A stretch of 64,000 bases of DNA from an uncultured Candidatus Rokubacteria bacterium (GTDB taxonomy: Bacteria; Methylomirabilota; Methylomirabilia; Rokubacteriales; CSP1-6). The notes under the pieces are model-generated. The model saw only the letters and a program-made list of their open reading frames with translations. It did not search any database and was not told the DNA's origin. Location of the stretch: the NCBI GenBank assembly GCA_963758635.1, contig CAVWWD010000008.1, positions 192,001-256,000 on the forward strand, written 5' to 3'. The position numbers and the translations under genes were made by a program. Below, piece after piece: positions 52,945 through 63,261 of this stretch. Numbering within the stretch: position 1 is the stretch's first letter; each line of letters begins with the position of its first letter.

Positions 52945-53699
52945 TCCTCTTCGACCACGTCGCGATCGCCGCGCCCCGGCTGGCCGACGCCCCCGCCGTG
53001 CTCGCCGCTCGGCTCGGGGGCGTCCCCGCCTACGGCGGAGAGTCGAAGCCGTATCGCTTCTTCCAGTGGCGCTTCGCGGGCGGCGGCCGCATCGAGGTGC
53101 TGGAGCCCTCCGTCGAGGAGAGCTTCCTCCACCGCTTCCTCGCCCAGCACGGCGCCGGCGTCCACCACGTGACCTTCAAGGTGCCGAGCCTCGCCGAGGC
53201 GTGCGCGCGCGCCGCGGCGCGCGGCTACCGCATCGTGGGTTTCGACGACTCCGACCCGGAGTGGGCCGAGGCCTTCCTGCATCCGAAGGAGGCGCTCGGC
53301 ATCGTCGTGCAGATGGCCGAGACGCGGTGGGAGCCCGGCCCGGACGCGCTCGCGCGCTTCCCGCCGCCGCCCGGCCCGGTGTCGCCGCCGCCCGCCGTCA
53401 CGGTCCTCGGGCTCCGGATGCGCGCGCGGTCGCGCGAATGCGCGGACCGGCAGTGGGCCGAGGTGCTCGGCGCTCACGTGAGCGAAGCGGACGGCGCCCT
53501 CGTCTACCGGTGGCCGGGCTCGCCGATGCGCCTGATGGTGGAGGTGGACGCGCGCGCCGACGAGGGCCCGGTGGCGATCGAGTACGCGGCGGACCGCCCG
53601 GTCGAGCTGCCCGATGGCCCCGCGCCGCTTCTCGGCGCCGTCTTCTCTCGCGTCGCGGCGCCGGGGCCTGGAGCCGCGTCAGCGGCGCCTCGGGTGTAG
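52941..53699 (+). CDS. VOC family (methylmalonyl-CoA epimerase-like) protein
   Basis: FDHVAIA, IEVLEP, GVHHVTF, FLHPKEALG. Confidence 0.82.
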   Translation: MILFDHVAIAAPRLADAPAVLAARLGGVPAYGGESKPYRFFQWRFAGGGRIEVLEPSVEESFLHRFLAQHGAGVHHVTFKVPSLAEACARAAARGYRIVGFDDSDPEWAEAFLHPKEALGIVVQMAETRWEPGPDALARFPPPPGPVSPPPAVTVLGLRMRARSRECADRQWAEVLGAHVSEADGALVYRWPGSPMRLMVEVDARADEGPVAIEYAADRPVELPDGPAPLLGAVFSRVAAPGPGAASAAPRV

Positions 53700-53706
53700 A
53701 GACGCC

Positions 53707-55665
53707 TCAGCCGTAGAGGTGGCAGGCGACCATGTGGCCGGGCGCGGGGTGCCGCTCGGCCGGGTCGACCTCCGCGCACTGGGGCATGGCGGCAGGGCAG
53801 CGCGGGTGGAAGTGGCATCCCGACGGCGGGTTGATCGGCGAGGGGACCTCGCCGGTGAGGATGATCTCCTCGCGCGTGCTGTCCGGATGGGCGGGCAGGG
53901 CGGCGGAGAAGAGCGCCTTCGTGTACGGGTGCAGCGGGTTCTTGAACAGCTCCTTCGACTTGGCCCGCTCCACGATCCGGCCCAGGTACATCACCGCCAC
54001 TTCCTGGGCCATGTAGCGCGTGGTGGCCAGGTGGTGGGCGATGAGCAGGTAGCTCACGCCGTACTGCCGCTGCAGGTCCACGAGCAGGTTCATGATCTGC
54101 GCCCGGATGGACACGTCGAGGGCGGAGACCGGCTCGTCCAGGATGATCAGCTTGGGGTCGGAGATCAGCGCGCTCGCCACGGCGATGCGCTGGCGCTGCC
54201 CGCCGCTGAACTCGTGGGGATAGAGGTCGGCCTGCTGCGGCCGCAGCCCCACCCGCCCCAGCATCTCCGCGACCCGTGTCTTGACCTCCTGCGAGGACAG
54301 CGGGCGGTTGATCACGAGCGGCTCCGCCACGATGTCGCGCACGCGCATGCGCGGGCTCAGCGAGGACCACGGATCCTGGAACACCGCCTGCACCTTCATC
54401 CGGTACTGCCGCAGGTCGTCCCCGTGGAGCGCGTGGACGTCCTTGCCGTCCACGAACACGTGCCCCTCGGTGGGCTCCTCGAGCCGGAGCACGAGCTTGG
54501 CCGTGGTGGTCTTGCCGCAGCCCGACTCGCCGACGATGGCGAGCGTCTCCCCCTGGGGGACCGACAGGTCGATGCCGTCGACGGCCTTCACCCAGCCGAC
54601 CGTCTTCGTCCACACGACGCCCTCGGTGACGGGGAAGTGCTTCTTGAGCCGCTCGACGCGGAGGATCAGGTTGTCGGACATGTGGCTCTCGAGCTTCCAG
54701 CAGTCCGCGCGATGGCCCTCGCCGACGGTGAAGGCCGGCGGATACTGCTCCCGGCACCGATCGTCGGCATACGGGCACCGCGGGGCGAACCGGCAGCCCT
54801 CGGGCAGGTCCCAGAGGGCGGGCGGCTGGCCGCTGATCGAGTAGAGCCGCTCGACGTCGTCGTCCATGCTGGGCACGGAGTTCAGCAGGGCCTGGGTGTA
54901 CGGGTGCGACGGGTGGTTGAAGATCTCCCGCACCGGGCCCATCTCCACCGCGCGCCCCGCGTACATCACCATGACGCGGTCGCACATCTTCGCCACGACC
55001 CCGAAGTCGTGGGTGATGAAGATCACGGCGAGGTTCGTCTCCTCCTGGATCTCGCGCAGCAGGCGCAGGTACTGCGCCTGGATCGTCACGTCGAGGGCGG
55101 TGGTGGGCTCGTCGGCGATGATCACCTTCGGCTCGCACGAGATCGCGATCGCGCCGACCACGCGCTGCTTCATGCCGCCGCTCATCTGGTGCGGGTAGTC
55201 CTGCACGCGGCGCTCCGGGGCGGCCAGCCGCACCTGCCGCAGCCCGTCGACGGCCCGGCGGACGAGCGACCGGTGCCCGTCCTGGTGGTGGATGCGGATC
55301 GCCTCGATGAGCTGGTTGCCGATCGTGAACACCGGGTTGAGCGAGGTCTGCGGGTCCTGGAGGATCATCGAGATGCGACGCCCCCGGATCTCGCGCATCT
55401 GCTTCTCGGTCTTCTCGAGGAGGTTCTCGCCCTCGAGGCGGATGACGCCCTTCACGATGCGGGCGGCGGGCCGGGGCACGAGCCGCAGGAGAGAGAGCGC
55501 GGTCATGGTCTTGCCGCAGCCGGACTCGCCCACGATGCCCAGCACCTCGCCCTGGCGGAGGGAGAAGCTCACGCCGTCCACGGCCTTCACCACGCCGTAG
55601 CGGCTGAAGCAGTAGGTGTGCAGGTCCTCGACTTCCAGGACGACATCGCCGATCGATCTGGGCAT
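53707..55665 (-). CDS. Oligopeptide ABC ATPases DppD (55665-54682) and DppF (54681-53707), in one frame without an intervening stop
   Basis: Two Walker A GESGCGKT motifs, two SGG signatures, two HPYT plus Cys-rich C-terminal domains. Confidence 0.88.
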   Translation of the reverse strand: MPRSIGDVVLEVEDLHTYCFSRYGVVKAVDGVSFSLRQGEVLGIVGESGCGKTMTALSLLRLVPRPAARIVKGVIRLEGENLLEKTEKQMREIRGRRISMILQDPQTSLNPVFTIGNQLIEAIRIHHQDGHRSLVRRAVDGLRQVRLAAPERRVQDYPHQMSGGMKQRVVGAIAISCEPKVIIADEPTTALDVTIQAQYLRLLREIQEETNLAVIFITHDFGVVAKMCDRVMVMYAGRAVEMGPVREIFNHPSHPYTQALLNSVPSMDDDVERLYSISGQPPALWDLPEGCRFAPRCPYADDRCREQYPPAFTVGEGHRADCWKLESHMSDNLILRVERLKKHFPVTEGVVWTKTVGWVKAVDGIDLSVPQGETLAIVGESGCGKTTTAKLVLRLEEPTEGHVFVDGKDVHALHGDDLRQYRMKVQAVFQDPWSSLSPRMRVRDIVAEPLVINRPLSSQEVKTRVAEMLGRVGLRPQQADLYPHEFSGGQRQRIAVASALISDPKLIILDEPVSALDVSIRAQIMNLLVDLQRQYGVSYLLIAHHLATTRYMAQEVAVMYLGRIVERAKSKELFKNPLHPYTKALFSAALPAHPDSTREEIILTGEVPSPINPPSGCHFHPRCPAAMPQCAEVDPAERHPAPGHMVACHLYG

Positions 55666-55703
55666 GCGCTCCGTGCCGTCACATGGGAGGGGTGTCGGGG
55701 CAC

Positions 55704-55745
55704 GGGCGTCGAGGAGGGAGGGTGGCCCTCGCCTCCTCGACGCCC
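55704..55745. terminator. Strong intercistronic stem-loop after the SBP gene
   Basis: GGGCGTCGAGGAGG / CCTCCTCGACGCCC perfect 14-bp stem plus an inner GAGGG/CCCTC stem. Confidence 0.7.
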
Positions 55746-55760
55746 CGGAAGGTCCCGGTT

Positions 55761-57427
55761 CTACTTGCCGGGCTTGATGCGCTCGAAGTGGGTGGACCGG
55801 CCGGCGGCGAGCCCCGGATAGACCCACTCGCCCACGGCCTTCGGGTTGGCCACGACCTCGTTCGCGAACCAGAAGAGCGGGATATCGGCGAACTCGTCGA
55901 AGAGGTGGTCCCCGATGGACCGCGCGAGCCGCTGCCGCTCCTTGGGATCCACCGCCTTGGTGAGCGCGTCGTAGGCCTTGTCGATGAACTCGTTCTCGTA
56001 GTTGTGGCCGGCGCTCTTGCTCCAGTAGCTGGTCCGGATCCACTCCTCGGACGGCCGCCACGAGATGATGTTCGGCCAGATGCAGCACTGGATCGTCTTC
56101 TTGCGGAACATGTCGCGGACCTTGGCCCAGTCGAGCACCTCGATCTCGGTCTCGACGCCGATCTCCTTGTAGTAGATGCCGAGGGCCTCGGCGACCTGCG
56201 GTCCCTCCGACTCACCCGGCTCGGTGAAGGCGAGGATCTTGAACTTGAGCTGCCCGGGGCCGTAGCCCGCCTGCTTGAGGAGCTCCTTGGCCTTGGTAGG
56301 GTTGTAGCCGTACATCGAGTCGAAGCGGCTCTTCCACTCCGGGTTGTAGCCCTCCGACTTCTCCGACCAGCCGGTCACGTAGGTCGGCGTGCCCTTGCCG
56401 GCGAACACCGTGTTGAGCAGCTCCTTCCGGTTGATGGCCAGGTTCAGGGCCTGGCGCACGGGCTTCTTGGTCCACGCCACGTCCGCCTTGAAGGCGGGGT
56501 CGCCGGGCAGGTAGTACTGGCCGCCCAGGTACACCGTCATCCAGTCCACCGGGAACGACGACGAGTAGATCTTCATGCCCTTCTTGAGCGCGTCCTTCTG
56601 CAGCTCGCGCGGGAGGTCCGCCACGTGCGCCTCGCCGGACAGGAGCATGGCCAGCCGCGTCGACTCCTCGCGCGCCAGCCGGAACTCCAGCTCCTTGTAG
56701 GCCGGGCGCTGGCCGGTCCAGTGGTTGTCGACGCGCTCGAAGGTGATCGACAGGCCGGGCTGGCGGTTCACGTAGCGGTAGACGCCGGTGCCCGCCGGGC
56801 GCTTGTCGAATCCCTCCTGGCCTTCCTTGTCCCACTGCGCCTTGCTGACCATGCGGAGGTCGCCGGCGCGGGACACCGCGTACAGCATCGTCGTGGACGG
56901 CCGCTTCATCCTGAACACGACCTGGTGGTCGTTGAGGACCTTGACCTCCTCGACCGTCCGCCAGAACGGGGCGAGCGTCGCCGTCGTCTCCGGGCGCTGC
57001 ATGAACGCCACCGAGTGGACGACGTCGCGGCGCGGTGAACTGCCCGAACCCGTAGTGGAACTGGACCCCCTTGCGCAGGGTGAACGTCCACTCCTTGTAG
57101 TCGGCGCTGTTCGACCACTTCTCGGCGAGGCGGGGCGTGTACTCGCCGCTCTTGGGATCGACCTCGAGCAGCGTCTCGAGGAACGGGTCGTACTGGAGAT
57201 GGTCGGGCCGGGCGACCATCCAGAACCGGTTGCTGTCCTCGAAGCCCGCGGAGGCGAAGACGAGCTTCTGGGGCTGGGCCGATCCCGGCGCCGGCGCGGC
57301 CACGAGCGACGCGAGCACCACCAGCCCCAGGGCGAGGGGCACGAGCCTCGAGAGCTGGGGTTGGCGGTCGTTTCCACTGCGCTTTCATGTGCGCTCCGCT
57401 CGCCTTCGGCTCGCTTCGCAAGGCCAT
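55761..57427 (-). CDS. Oligopeptide/dipeptide ABC substrate-binding protein; frameshifts near 57350 and 57030
   Basis: LAEKWS..WTFTLRKGVQFH, PAGTGVY, VRQALNLAINR. AGGAGG-preceded ATG at 57427; alternative GTG start at 57342. Confidence 0.85.
57357..57420 (-). repeat. Family C repeat copy (diverged, minus strand)
   Basis: TGCGAAGCGAGCCGAAGGCGAGCGGAGCGCACATGAAAGCGCAGTGGAAACGACC resembles the 52111 unit. Confidence 0.8.
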
Positions 57428-57488
57428 CGTGGATCCTCCTTGGCATGATGTTCGCGCTCGGGTCGGCGCCGGTGCTCAGGCGCCCGTG

Positions 57489-58385
57489 TCACACGTTGCG
57501 CAGCTTGGGATCCAGGTGGTCCCGGAGCCAGTCGCCCAGCAGGTTCAGCGCCAGCACGGTCAGCATGATCGCCAGACCCGGGAACATCGAGACCCACCAG
57601 GCGGTGACGATCAGCTCGCGCCCGTCGGCGATCATGAGGCCCCACGCCGGCGTGGGCCGCGGGAGACCCGCGCCGAGGAAGCTCAGCGCGGACTCGAGGA
57701 GGATGACGTAGCCCACCTGGAGCGTGGCGAGGACGACCAGGGAGTTGATGACGTTGGGGAAGATGTACTTGCCCATGATCCGCAGGTGCGAGGCCCCCGC
57801 CACGCGCGCGCGGGCGATGAAGTCCCGCTCCTTGATGCTGAGGGTCTCCGCCCGCACGAGCCGGGCGTAGCGCGCCCAGAGCAGGACCACGAGGACGATG
57901 ATGACGGTCCAGAAGCTCGGGCCGACGGCGGCGACGAGGACGAGGGCGAGCAGGATCGTCGGTAAGGACAGGGAGATGTCGACCAGGCGCATCAGCGTGC
58001 CGTCGACCCGCCCCCCGAAGTAGCCCGATATCAGCCCGAGCGCGGTGCCGATGGCGCCGCCCACGAGGATGGCGACGAGGGACACCGCCATCGACACCCG
58101 GGCGCCGTAGATCATGCGGCTCAGGATGTCGCGTCCGAGCTTGTCCGTCCCGAGCAGGTGGTCGCTCGTCCCGCCCTCCTGCCAGACGGGCGGCTTCAGC
58201 CGCTTGGCGAGCGATCCTCTCAGGGGATCGTACGGAGCGACCTGCGGCGCCAGCGCCGCGGGGATCACGAGGAGGATCGTGAGGAGCGCGATCGGCACCA
58301 GGGGATAGCGCCGGGCCTGGCGCATCGCGTGGGCGACCCGGGGGCGCGAGTACCACGGCAGCGTTCTCGCGGTCACGATGGCCAT
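57489..58385 (-). CDS. Oligopeptide ABC permease (DppC-like)
   Basis: [32 protein letters not shown]. Confidence 0.93.
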   Translation of the reverse strand: MAIVTARTLPWYSRPRVAHAMRQARRYPLVPIALLTILLVIPAALAPQVAPYDPLRGSLAKRLKPPVWQEGGTSDHLLGTDKLGRDILSRMIYGARVSMAVSLVAILVGGAIGTALGLISGYFGGRVDGTLMRLVDISLSLPTILLALVLVAAVGPSFWTVIIVLVVLLWARYARLVRAETLSIKERDFIARARVAGASHLRIMGKYIFPNVINSLVVLATLQVGYVILLESALSFLGAGLPRPTPAWGLMIADGRELIVTAWWVSMFPGLAIMLTVLALNLLGDWLRDHLDPKLRNV

Positions 58386-58409
58386 GGCGCGACTCCTTGT
58401 CTTTGCCCG

Positions 58410-59330
58410 CTACCGGAGGCGGATCCGGGGGTCGAGATAGGCATAGAGGATGTCGACCATCAGGTTGGTCAGGATGAAGATGCCCGCGAAGACGATCACG
58501 ACGGCCTGGACGACCTGGAAGTCCCGGGCCCGCACGGCATCGACGACGAGGAGCCCGGTGCCGGGCCAGGAGAACACGCTCTCCGTGACCACCGACCCCG
58601 TCATGAGGACGCCGGCGATGATCGCGAAGAACGTGAGGGGCGCGATGGCGGCGTTGCGCAGGCAGTGCTTCCAGATCACCTTCCACTCCGCGAGCCCCTT
58701 GATGCGCGTGAGCTTCACGAACTCGCTGTCCAGGACGTCCAGCATCGAGGAGCGGACCAGCCGCATGATGGCGGCCACCTGGAACCAGCCCAGCGTGATC
58801 GCGGGGAGGATCATGTACTGGATGCCGCCCCTGCCCGAGGTCGGGAACCACCCCAGGTGCACCGAGAAGATCCACATGAGGACGATGCCGAGCCAGAAGC
58901 CGGGCAGCGACTGGCCCAGGAGCGCGACGATCTTCGCGGCGGAGTCCCAGGCCGTGCCCTTCCAGACCGCGGAGAGCACCCCGATGGGCAGCGCGATCAC
59001 GATGCTGATGAGGAGCGCGAAACCGGCGAGCTGGAGCGTCGCGGGCAGGCGCTGCCACGACGAGGCCCATCGCGGTGTGTCCGTGCCACTTCCAGGAGTG
59101 TCCGAAGTCGCCCTGGAGGGCCTTGCCGAGGAAGATGCGTACTGGGTGGTGAGGGGCTTGTCCAGGCCCCAGTGCTTGGACACCCGCTCGTAGTCCTCGG
59201 GGCCGGCCTCGAGCGGCAGCATGACGTCGAGCGGATTGCCCGTGATGCGCGCGAGCGAGAACACGATGAGGCTCATGACCCAGATGGCCAGGAGGCTCTG
59301 GAAGGTGCGCTTCGCGATGTAGCGCTGCAT
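58410..59330 (-). CDS. Oligopeptide ABC permease (DppB-like); compensating frameshifts near 59055-59140
   Basis: MQRYIAKR, GLDKPL, RLPATLQL, RIKGL, YAYLDPRIR. Confidence 0.9.
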   Translation of the reverse strand: MQRYIAKRTFQSLLAIWVMSLIVFSLARITGNPLDVMLPLEAGPEDYERVSKHWGLDKPLTTQYASSSARPSRATSDTPGSGTDTPRWASSWQRLPATLQLAGFALLISIVIALPIGVLSAVWKGTAWDSAAKIVALLGQSLPGFWLGIVLMWIFSVHLGWFPTSGRGGIQYMILPAITLGWFQVAAIMRLVRSSMLDVLDSEFVKLTRIKGLAEWKVIWKHCLRNAAIAPLTFFAIIAGVLMTGSVVTESVFSWPGTGLLVVDAVRARDFQVVQAVVIVFAGIFILTNLMVDILYAYLDPRIRLR

Positions 59331-59423
59331 GCGACCTCCGCTCCGCGCCGAGCGACGCTGCCCGGCGACCGACACGAGGGCTGCGGGCCACGAGCCGCGG
59401 GGGCCGCCCGCAGCTTGCCCCAG

Positions 59424-59452
59424 ATGCTGCCCTTACTGAGTCCCCCAGTCAA
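59424..59452 (-). promoter_or_regulatory. Putative sigma70 promoter of the dpp operon
   Basis: TTGACT-N17-CAGCAT on the minus strand. Confidence 0.45.
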
Positions 59453-59470
59453 GCCGCTGCTGTGCCTAGC

Positions 59471-59564
59471 AGTGCGAGGTGAGCCGGAAGGCGAGCCGAG
59501 CGTATATGGAAAAGCAGTGGGAACAACCCCAACGGCTATGGAGTGCAGTGGGAACAACCCCACC
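59471..59564 (+). repeat. Family C repeat copy plus partial internal duplication
   Basis: AGTGCGAGGTGAGCCGGAAGGCGAGCCGAGCGTATATGGAAAAGCAGTGGGAAC, followed by a second TATGGAGTGCAGTGGGAACAACCCCA. Confidence 0.85.
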
Positions 59565-59610
59565 AGCCGGGCCCGCCGCGCCGCCGCCTCCTGTTGTATC
59601 CTGGGCTTCC

Positions 59611-62600
59611 GTGTACCTCGACCGTCGGCTCTGGGCATTCACGCGCGGCGTCCGCCTCCGCATCCTCGGCACCGTGGTGCTGGGGCTCCTCGCGGTGGGC
59701 GCCGGGATCGCCCGTCTCGCCCTCCTCGGCTGGCTCCTCGCGCGGGTCATCAAGGGTGATCCGCCGGGCGCCCTCGTGTGGCCGATGGCCCTGACCGCCG
59801 GCGCCATCCTCGTGCGGGGAGGCCTGGAGTACTGGCGCACGATGGCCGCCCACCGGACGGCCTCCCGCGTCCAGGGGGTGCTGCGGGGCGCCATCTACGA
59901 CCGCGTCACCGCGCTCGGGCCCGCCCACTTCAGCCGCTCCCGCACCGGCGAGGTCATCCTCTCGATGGTGGAGGGCGTCCAGCAGCTCGAGGTGTACTTC
60001 GGGCAGTACCTGCCGCAGCTCGCGGTCGCGGCGCTGACCCCCGTCCTCATCTTCGTCTTCGTCGCCTTCGTGGACCTGCCGATCGCGCTGGTGCTGCTCG
60101 TGGCCGCCCTCGTCACGCTGATCGCCCCCACGCTCTGGCACCGGAAGGACGCGGGGAAGAGCCGCGCGCGGTCCCAGGCCTACGCGCGCTTCGGCGCCGA
60201 GTTCCTCGACTCGGTGCAGGGGCTCGCCACGCTCAAGGCGTTCGGCCAGAGCGGCGAGCGCGCGCGGATGCTCGACGAGCGCGGGCGGGCGCTGTTCCGC
60301 AGCACCATGGGCGTCCTCGGGACCAACACGCTCGCCCGCGGGATCACCGACACCGGCATCGCGGTGGGCGCGGCCGTCGCGCTCGGCTGGGGCGCCTACC
60401 GGGTCCAGGCGGGACAGATGGACATCGGGGCGCTGCTCGTCATCCTGATGCTCGGCGTGGAGGTCTTCCGCCCGCTCCGCGAGCTGCGCACGGTGCTCCA
60501 CCAGGGCATGCTCGGCCTCTCCGCCGCCGACGGCATCCTGACCATCCTGGCCGCGGAGCCGCGCGTGCGCGACCGGGGCACGCCCGGCGCGGACGGGCAG
60601 CCGCTCGCGCCCACCGTGTCCTTCGACCGTGTCCGCTTCTCGTACCCGGGCGGGCGCCGCGCCGCCCACGCGGACCTCACCTTCGACGTGGCGGCGGGCG
60701 AGCGGGTGGGCATCGTCGGCCCGAGCGGCGCGGGCAAGTCCACGGTGGCGCGGCTGCTGCTGCGCTTCTACGACCCCGACGGCGGCGCCGTCCGGCTGGG
60801 CGGCCACGACCTGCGGGAGCTGTCGCTGGACCAGCTCCGCGGCATGATCGCGGTGGTCAACCAGGACACGTACCTGTTCCACGGCACCGTGGAGGACAAC
60901 CTCCGCATGGGCAAGCCCGACGCGACGCCCGCCGAGCTGACGGCGGCGGCGCGCGCGGCCAACGCCGAGGAGTTCATCTCGCGGCTGCCCCAGGGCTACC
61001 GCACGGTGGTCGGCGAGCGCGGCGTGCGCCTGTCCGGCGGGCAGCGGCAGCGCATCGCCATCGCCCGCGCGCTGCTCCGCGACGCGCCGATCCTGATCCT
61101 GGACGAGGCGCTCTCGTCGGTGGACGCGGAGAGCGAGGCGGTCATCCAGGAGGCCCTCGATCGCCTCATGCAGGGCCGCACCACGCTGATCTTCGCCCAC
61201 CGGCTGTCGAGCGTGATCGGCGCCGACCGGATCCTGGTGCTGGGCGACGGCCGGGTGGTGGAGACCGGCGCCCACGCCGAGCTGATGGCCCGTCGCGGCG
61301 CCTACCACCGGCTGATGGCCGCGCAGGCCCAGGACGGCGCGGCGGCGCGGAACGGCGGGGACCGTCCGCTCCTCCCGCGCGCGCCGGGCGAGGACGGCGA
61401 GCGCGAGCGCGACGTGGCGCTGCCCGACACCGAGCCGACCGACGCGATCCTGCGGGCCGAGGGCCTCACGTGGCCGCGGCTCATCCGCGTCCTCCTGGGC
61501 ATGGTCGCGGGGTACCGGGCGCGGCTCGTCACCACGTTCCTCCTCGGCGTGGCCCGCGTGCTGGCGTTGATCGGGGTCGGCGTGGTCAGCGCGCTCATCG
61601 TGCGCGCGGTGAAGTACGGGCAGCCCTTCGGCGGGCTCCTCGTGATGCTCGCCGTCATCGCGCCGCTCGCCGGCCTGCTCCACTGGCTCGAGTCGTGGCT
61701 GGCCCACGACATGGCCTACCGCCTCCTCGCGGACATGCGGCTTCAGATGTTCCGCACGCTGGACCGCCTCGCCCCCGCGTACCTCACGCGGCGGCGCACC
61801 GGCGACCTGGTCGGCCTGGCCACCCACGACATCGAGCTGATCGAGTACTTCTTCGCGCACACGATCACCCCCGCCTTCGTGGCCGTGCTCGTCCCGCTGG
61901 GCGTCCTCGCCACGCTCGCCGCGTTCGGGTGGCCGCTGGCCCTGGCCCTCCTGCCGTTCCTCGCGTGGGCCGGCCTCACGCCCGTCCTCGGCAGGAAGCG
62001 CATCGACCGGCTCGGCTCGCGCGCGCGCGAGGTGTCGGGCGACCTCTCCGCGCACGCCGTCGACTCGGTGCAGGGGCTCGGCGAGATCGTGGCGTTCCGC
62101 CACGTGCGCGCGCGCGGCGAGGAGTTCGCGGCGAAGGCGCGCGAGTACCTGCGGGTCCGCGTGCCGTTCCTGCACGACCTCACGCTGCAGGGCGCGCTCC
62201 AGGAGGTGGCGACCGGGCTCGGCGGCCTCGCCGTGGTCGCCGTCGGCGCCGCGCTCGCCAGCCAGGGGCGGCTCGACCCCACGCTCCTGCCCGTGGCCGT
62301 GCTCCTCGCCATGTCGGCCTTCGTGCCGGTGTGGGAGATCGCCCAGGTCGGCCGGCAGCTCGCCGACACGCTCGGCGCCACGCGCCGCGTGCACGCCGTC
62401 CACGCGGAGCCGGTCCCGGTGACCGACGGCCGCGGCGTGGACGACGGCGAGCCGGCGGGGGCCCGTGCGGCGATCGAGCAGTCGGGGGCCCCTGTGGCGA
62501 TCGAGCCGGCGCGGGCCGGCATGGCCCTCGAGCTGTCACGCGTGAGCTTCGCGTACCCGGGCCGCCGGCAGCGCGCGCTGTCCGACGTGTCGTTCGGGGT

Positions 62601-63261
62601 GGCGTGGGGCAGCACGGTGGCCCTCGTCGGCCCGTCCGGGGCGGGCAAGACCACGATCGCCAACCTGCTGCTCCGCTTCTGGGACCCCGACGAGGGCACG
62701 GTGCGGATCGGCGGGCACGATCTCCGCGACTACGGCCTCGACGCGCTCCGGCAGCGCGTGGCCCTGGTGGCCCAGGACACGTACCTGTTCAACGACACGC
62801 TCGGCAACAACATCCGCCTGGCGCGGCCCGGCGCGCCGGACGCGGAGCTCGAGGCCGCGGTGGAGCGCGCGGCCCTCGCCGGGTTCGTCGCCGGGCTGCC
62901 CGAGGGGCTCGACACGATCGTGGGCGAGCGCGGCGCGCAGCTCTCGGGCGGGCAGCGCCAGCGCGTGGCCATCGCGCGCGCCTTCCTCAAGGACGCGCCG
63001 ATCCTGATCCTGGACGAGGCCACGTCGCACCTGGACGCGGTGAGCGAGCAGGCGGTGCGCGGCGCGCTCGAGCTCCTCGCGCGCGACCGCACCACGGTGG
63101 TGATCGCGCACCGGCTGTCCACCGTGCGCGACGCCGACCGGATCATCGTGCTGGAGGACGGCCGGCTCGTGGAGACGGGCACCCACGAGGACCTCCTCGC
63201 CCGCGGCGGCCTCTACGCGCATCTCGTCTCGCGCCAGCTCGCGGGGGCGGTGGCGGCGTGA
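59611..63261 (+). CDS. Fused TMD-NBD-TMD-NBD ABC transporter (CydDC-like)
   Basis: Two GPSGAGK[S/T] and LSGGQRQR motifs with two TM blocks; TATCCT -10-like hexamer 8 bp before GTG 59611. Confidence 0.9.
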   Translation: MYLDRRLWAFTRGVRLRILGTVVLGLLAVGAGIARLALLGWLLARVIKGDPPGALVWPMALTAGAILVRGGLEYWRTMAAHRTASRVQGVLRGAIYDRVTALGPAHFSRSRTGEVILSMVEGVQQLEVYFGQYLPQLAVAALTPVLIFVFVAFVDLPIALVLLVAALVTLIAPTLWHRKDAGKSRARSQAYARFGAEFLDSVQGLATLKAFGQSGERARMLDERGRALFRSTMGVLGTNTLARGITDTGIAVGAAVALGWGAYRVQAGQMDIGALLVILMLGVEVFRPLRELRTVLHQGMLGLSAADGILTILAAEPRVRDRGTPGADGQPLAPTVSFDRVRFSYPGGRRAAHADLTFDVAAGERVGIVGPSGAGKSTVARLLLRFYDPDGGAVRLGGHDLRELSLDQLRGMIAVVNQDTYLFHGTVEDNLRMGKPDATPAELTAAARAANAEEFISRLPQGYRTVVGERGVRLSGGQRQRIAIARALLRDAPILILDEALSSVDAESEAVIQEALDRLMQGRTTLIFAHRLSSVIGADRILVLGDGRVVETGAHAELMARRGAYHRLMAAQAQDGAAARNGGDRPLLPRAPGEDGERERDVALPDTEPTDAILRAEGLTWPRLIRVLLGMVAGYRARLVTTFLLGVARVLALIGVGVVSALIVRAVKYGQPFGGLLVMLAVIAPLAGLLHWLESWLAHDMAYRLLADMRLQMFRTLDRLAPAYLTRRRTGDLVGLATHDIELIEYFFAHTITPAFVAVLVPLGVLATLAAFGWPLALALLPFLAWAGLTPVLGRKRIDRLGSRAREVSGDLSAHAVDSVQGLGEIVAFRHVRARGEEFAAKAREYLRVRVPFLHDLTLQGALQEVATGLGGLAVVAVGAALASQGRLDPTLLPVAVLLAMSAFVPVWEIAQVGRQLADTLGATRRVHAVHAEPVPVTDGRGVDDGEPAGARAAIEQSGAPVAIEPARAGMALELSRVSFAYPGRRQRALSDVSFGVAWGSTVALVGPSGAGKTTIANLLLRFWDPDEGTVRIGGHDLRDYGLDALRQRVALVAQDTYLFNDTLGNNIRLARPGAPDAELEAAVERAALAGFVAGLPEGLDTIVGERGAQLSGGQRQRVAIARAFLKDAPILILDEATSHLDAVSEQAVRGALELLARDRTTVVIAHRLSTVRDADRIIVLEDGRLVETGTHEDLLARGGLYAHLVSRQLAGAVAA

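Noticed and set aside
59479..59610. N-terminal extension of the fused ABC transporter
   Set aside because: It derives from the family C repeat; a -10-like TATCCT just before GTG 59611 favours the shorter start.
295..63222. Numerous long Arg/Ala/Pro-rich overlapping and antisense ORFs
   Set aside because: Shadow ORFs expected at this GC content; they have no recognisable motifs and overlap well-supported genes.
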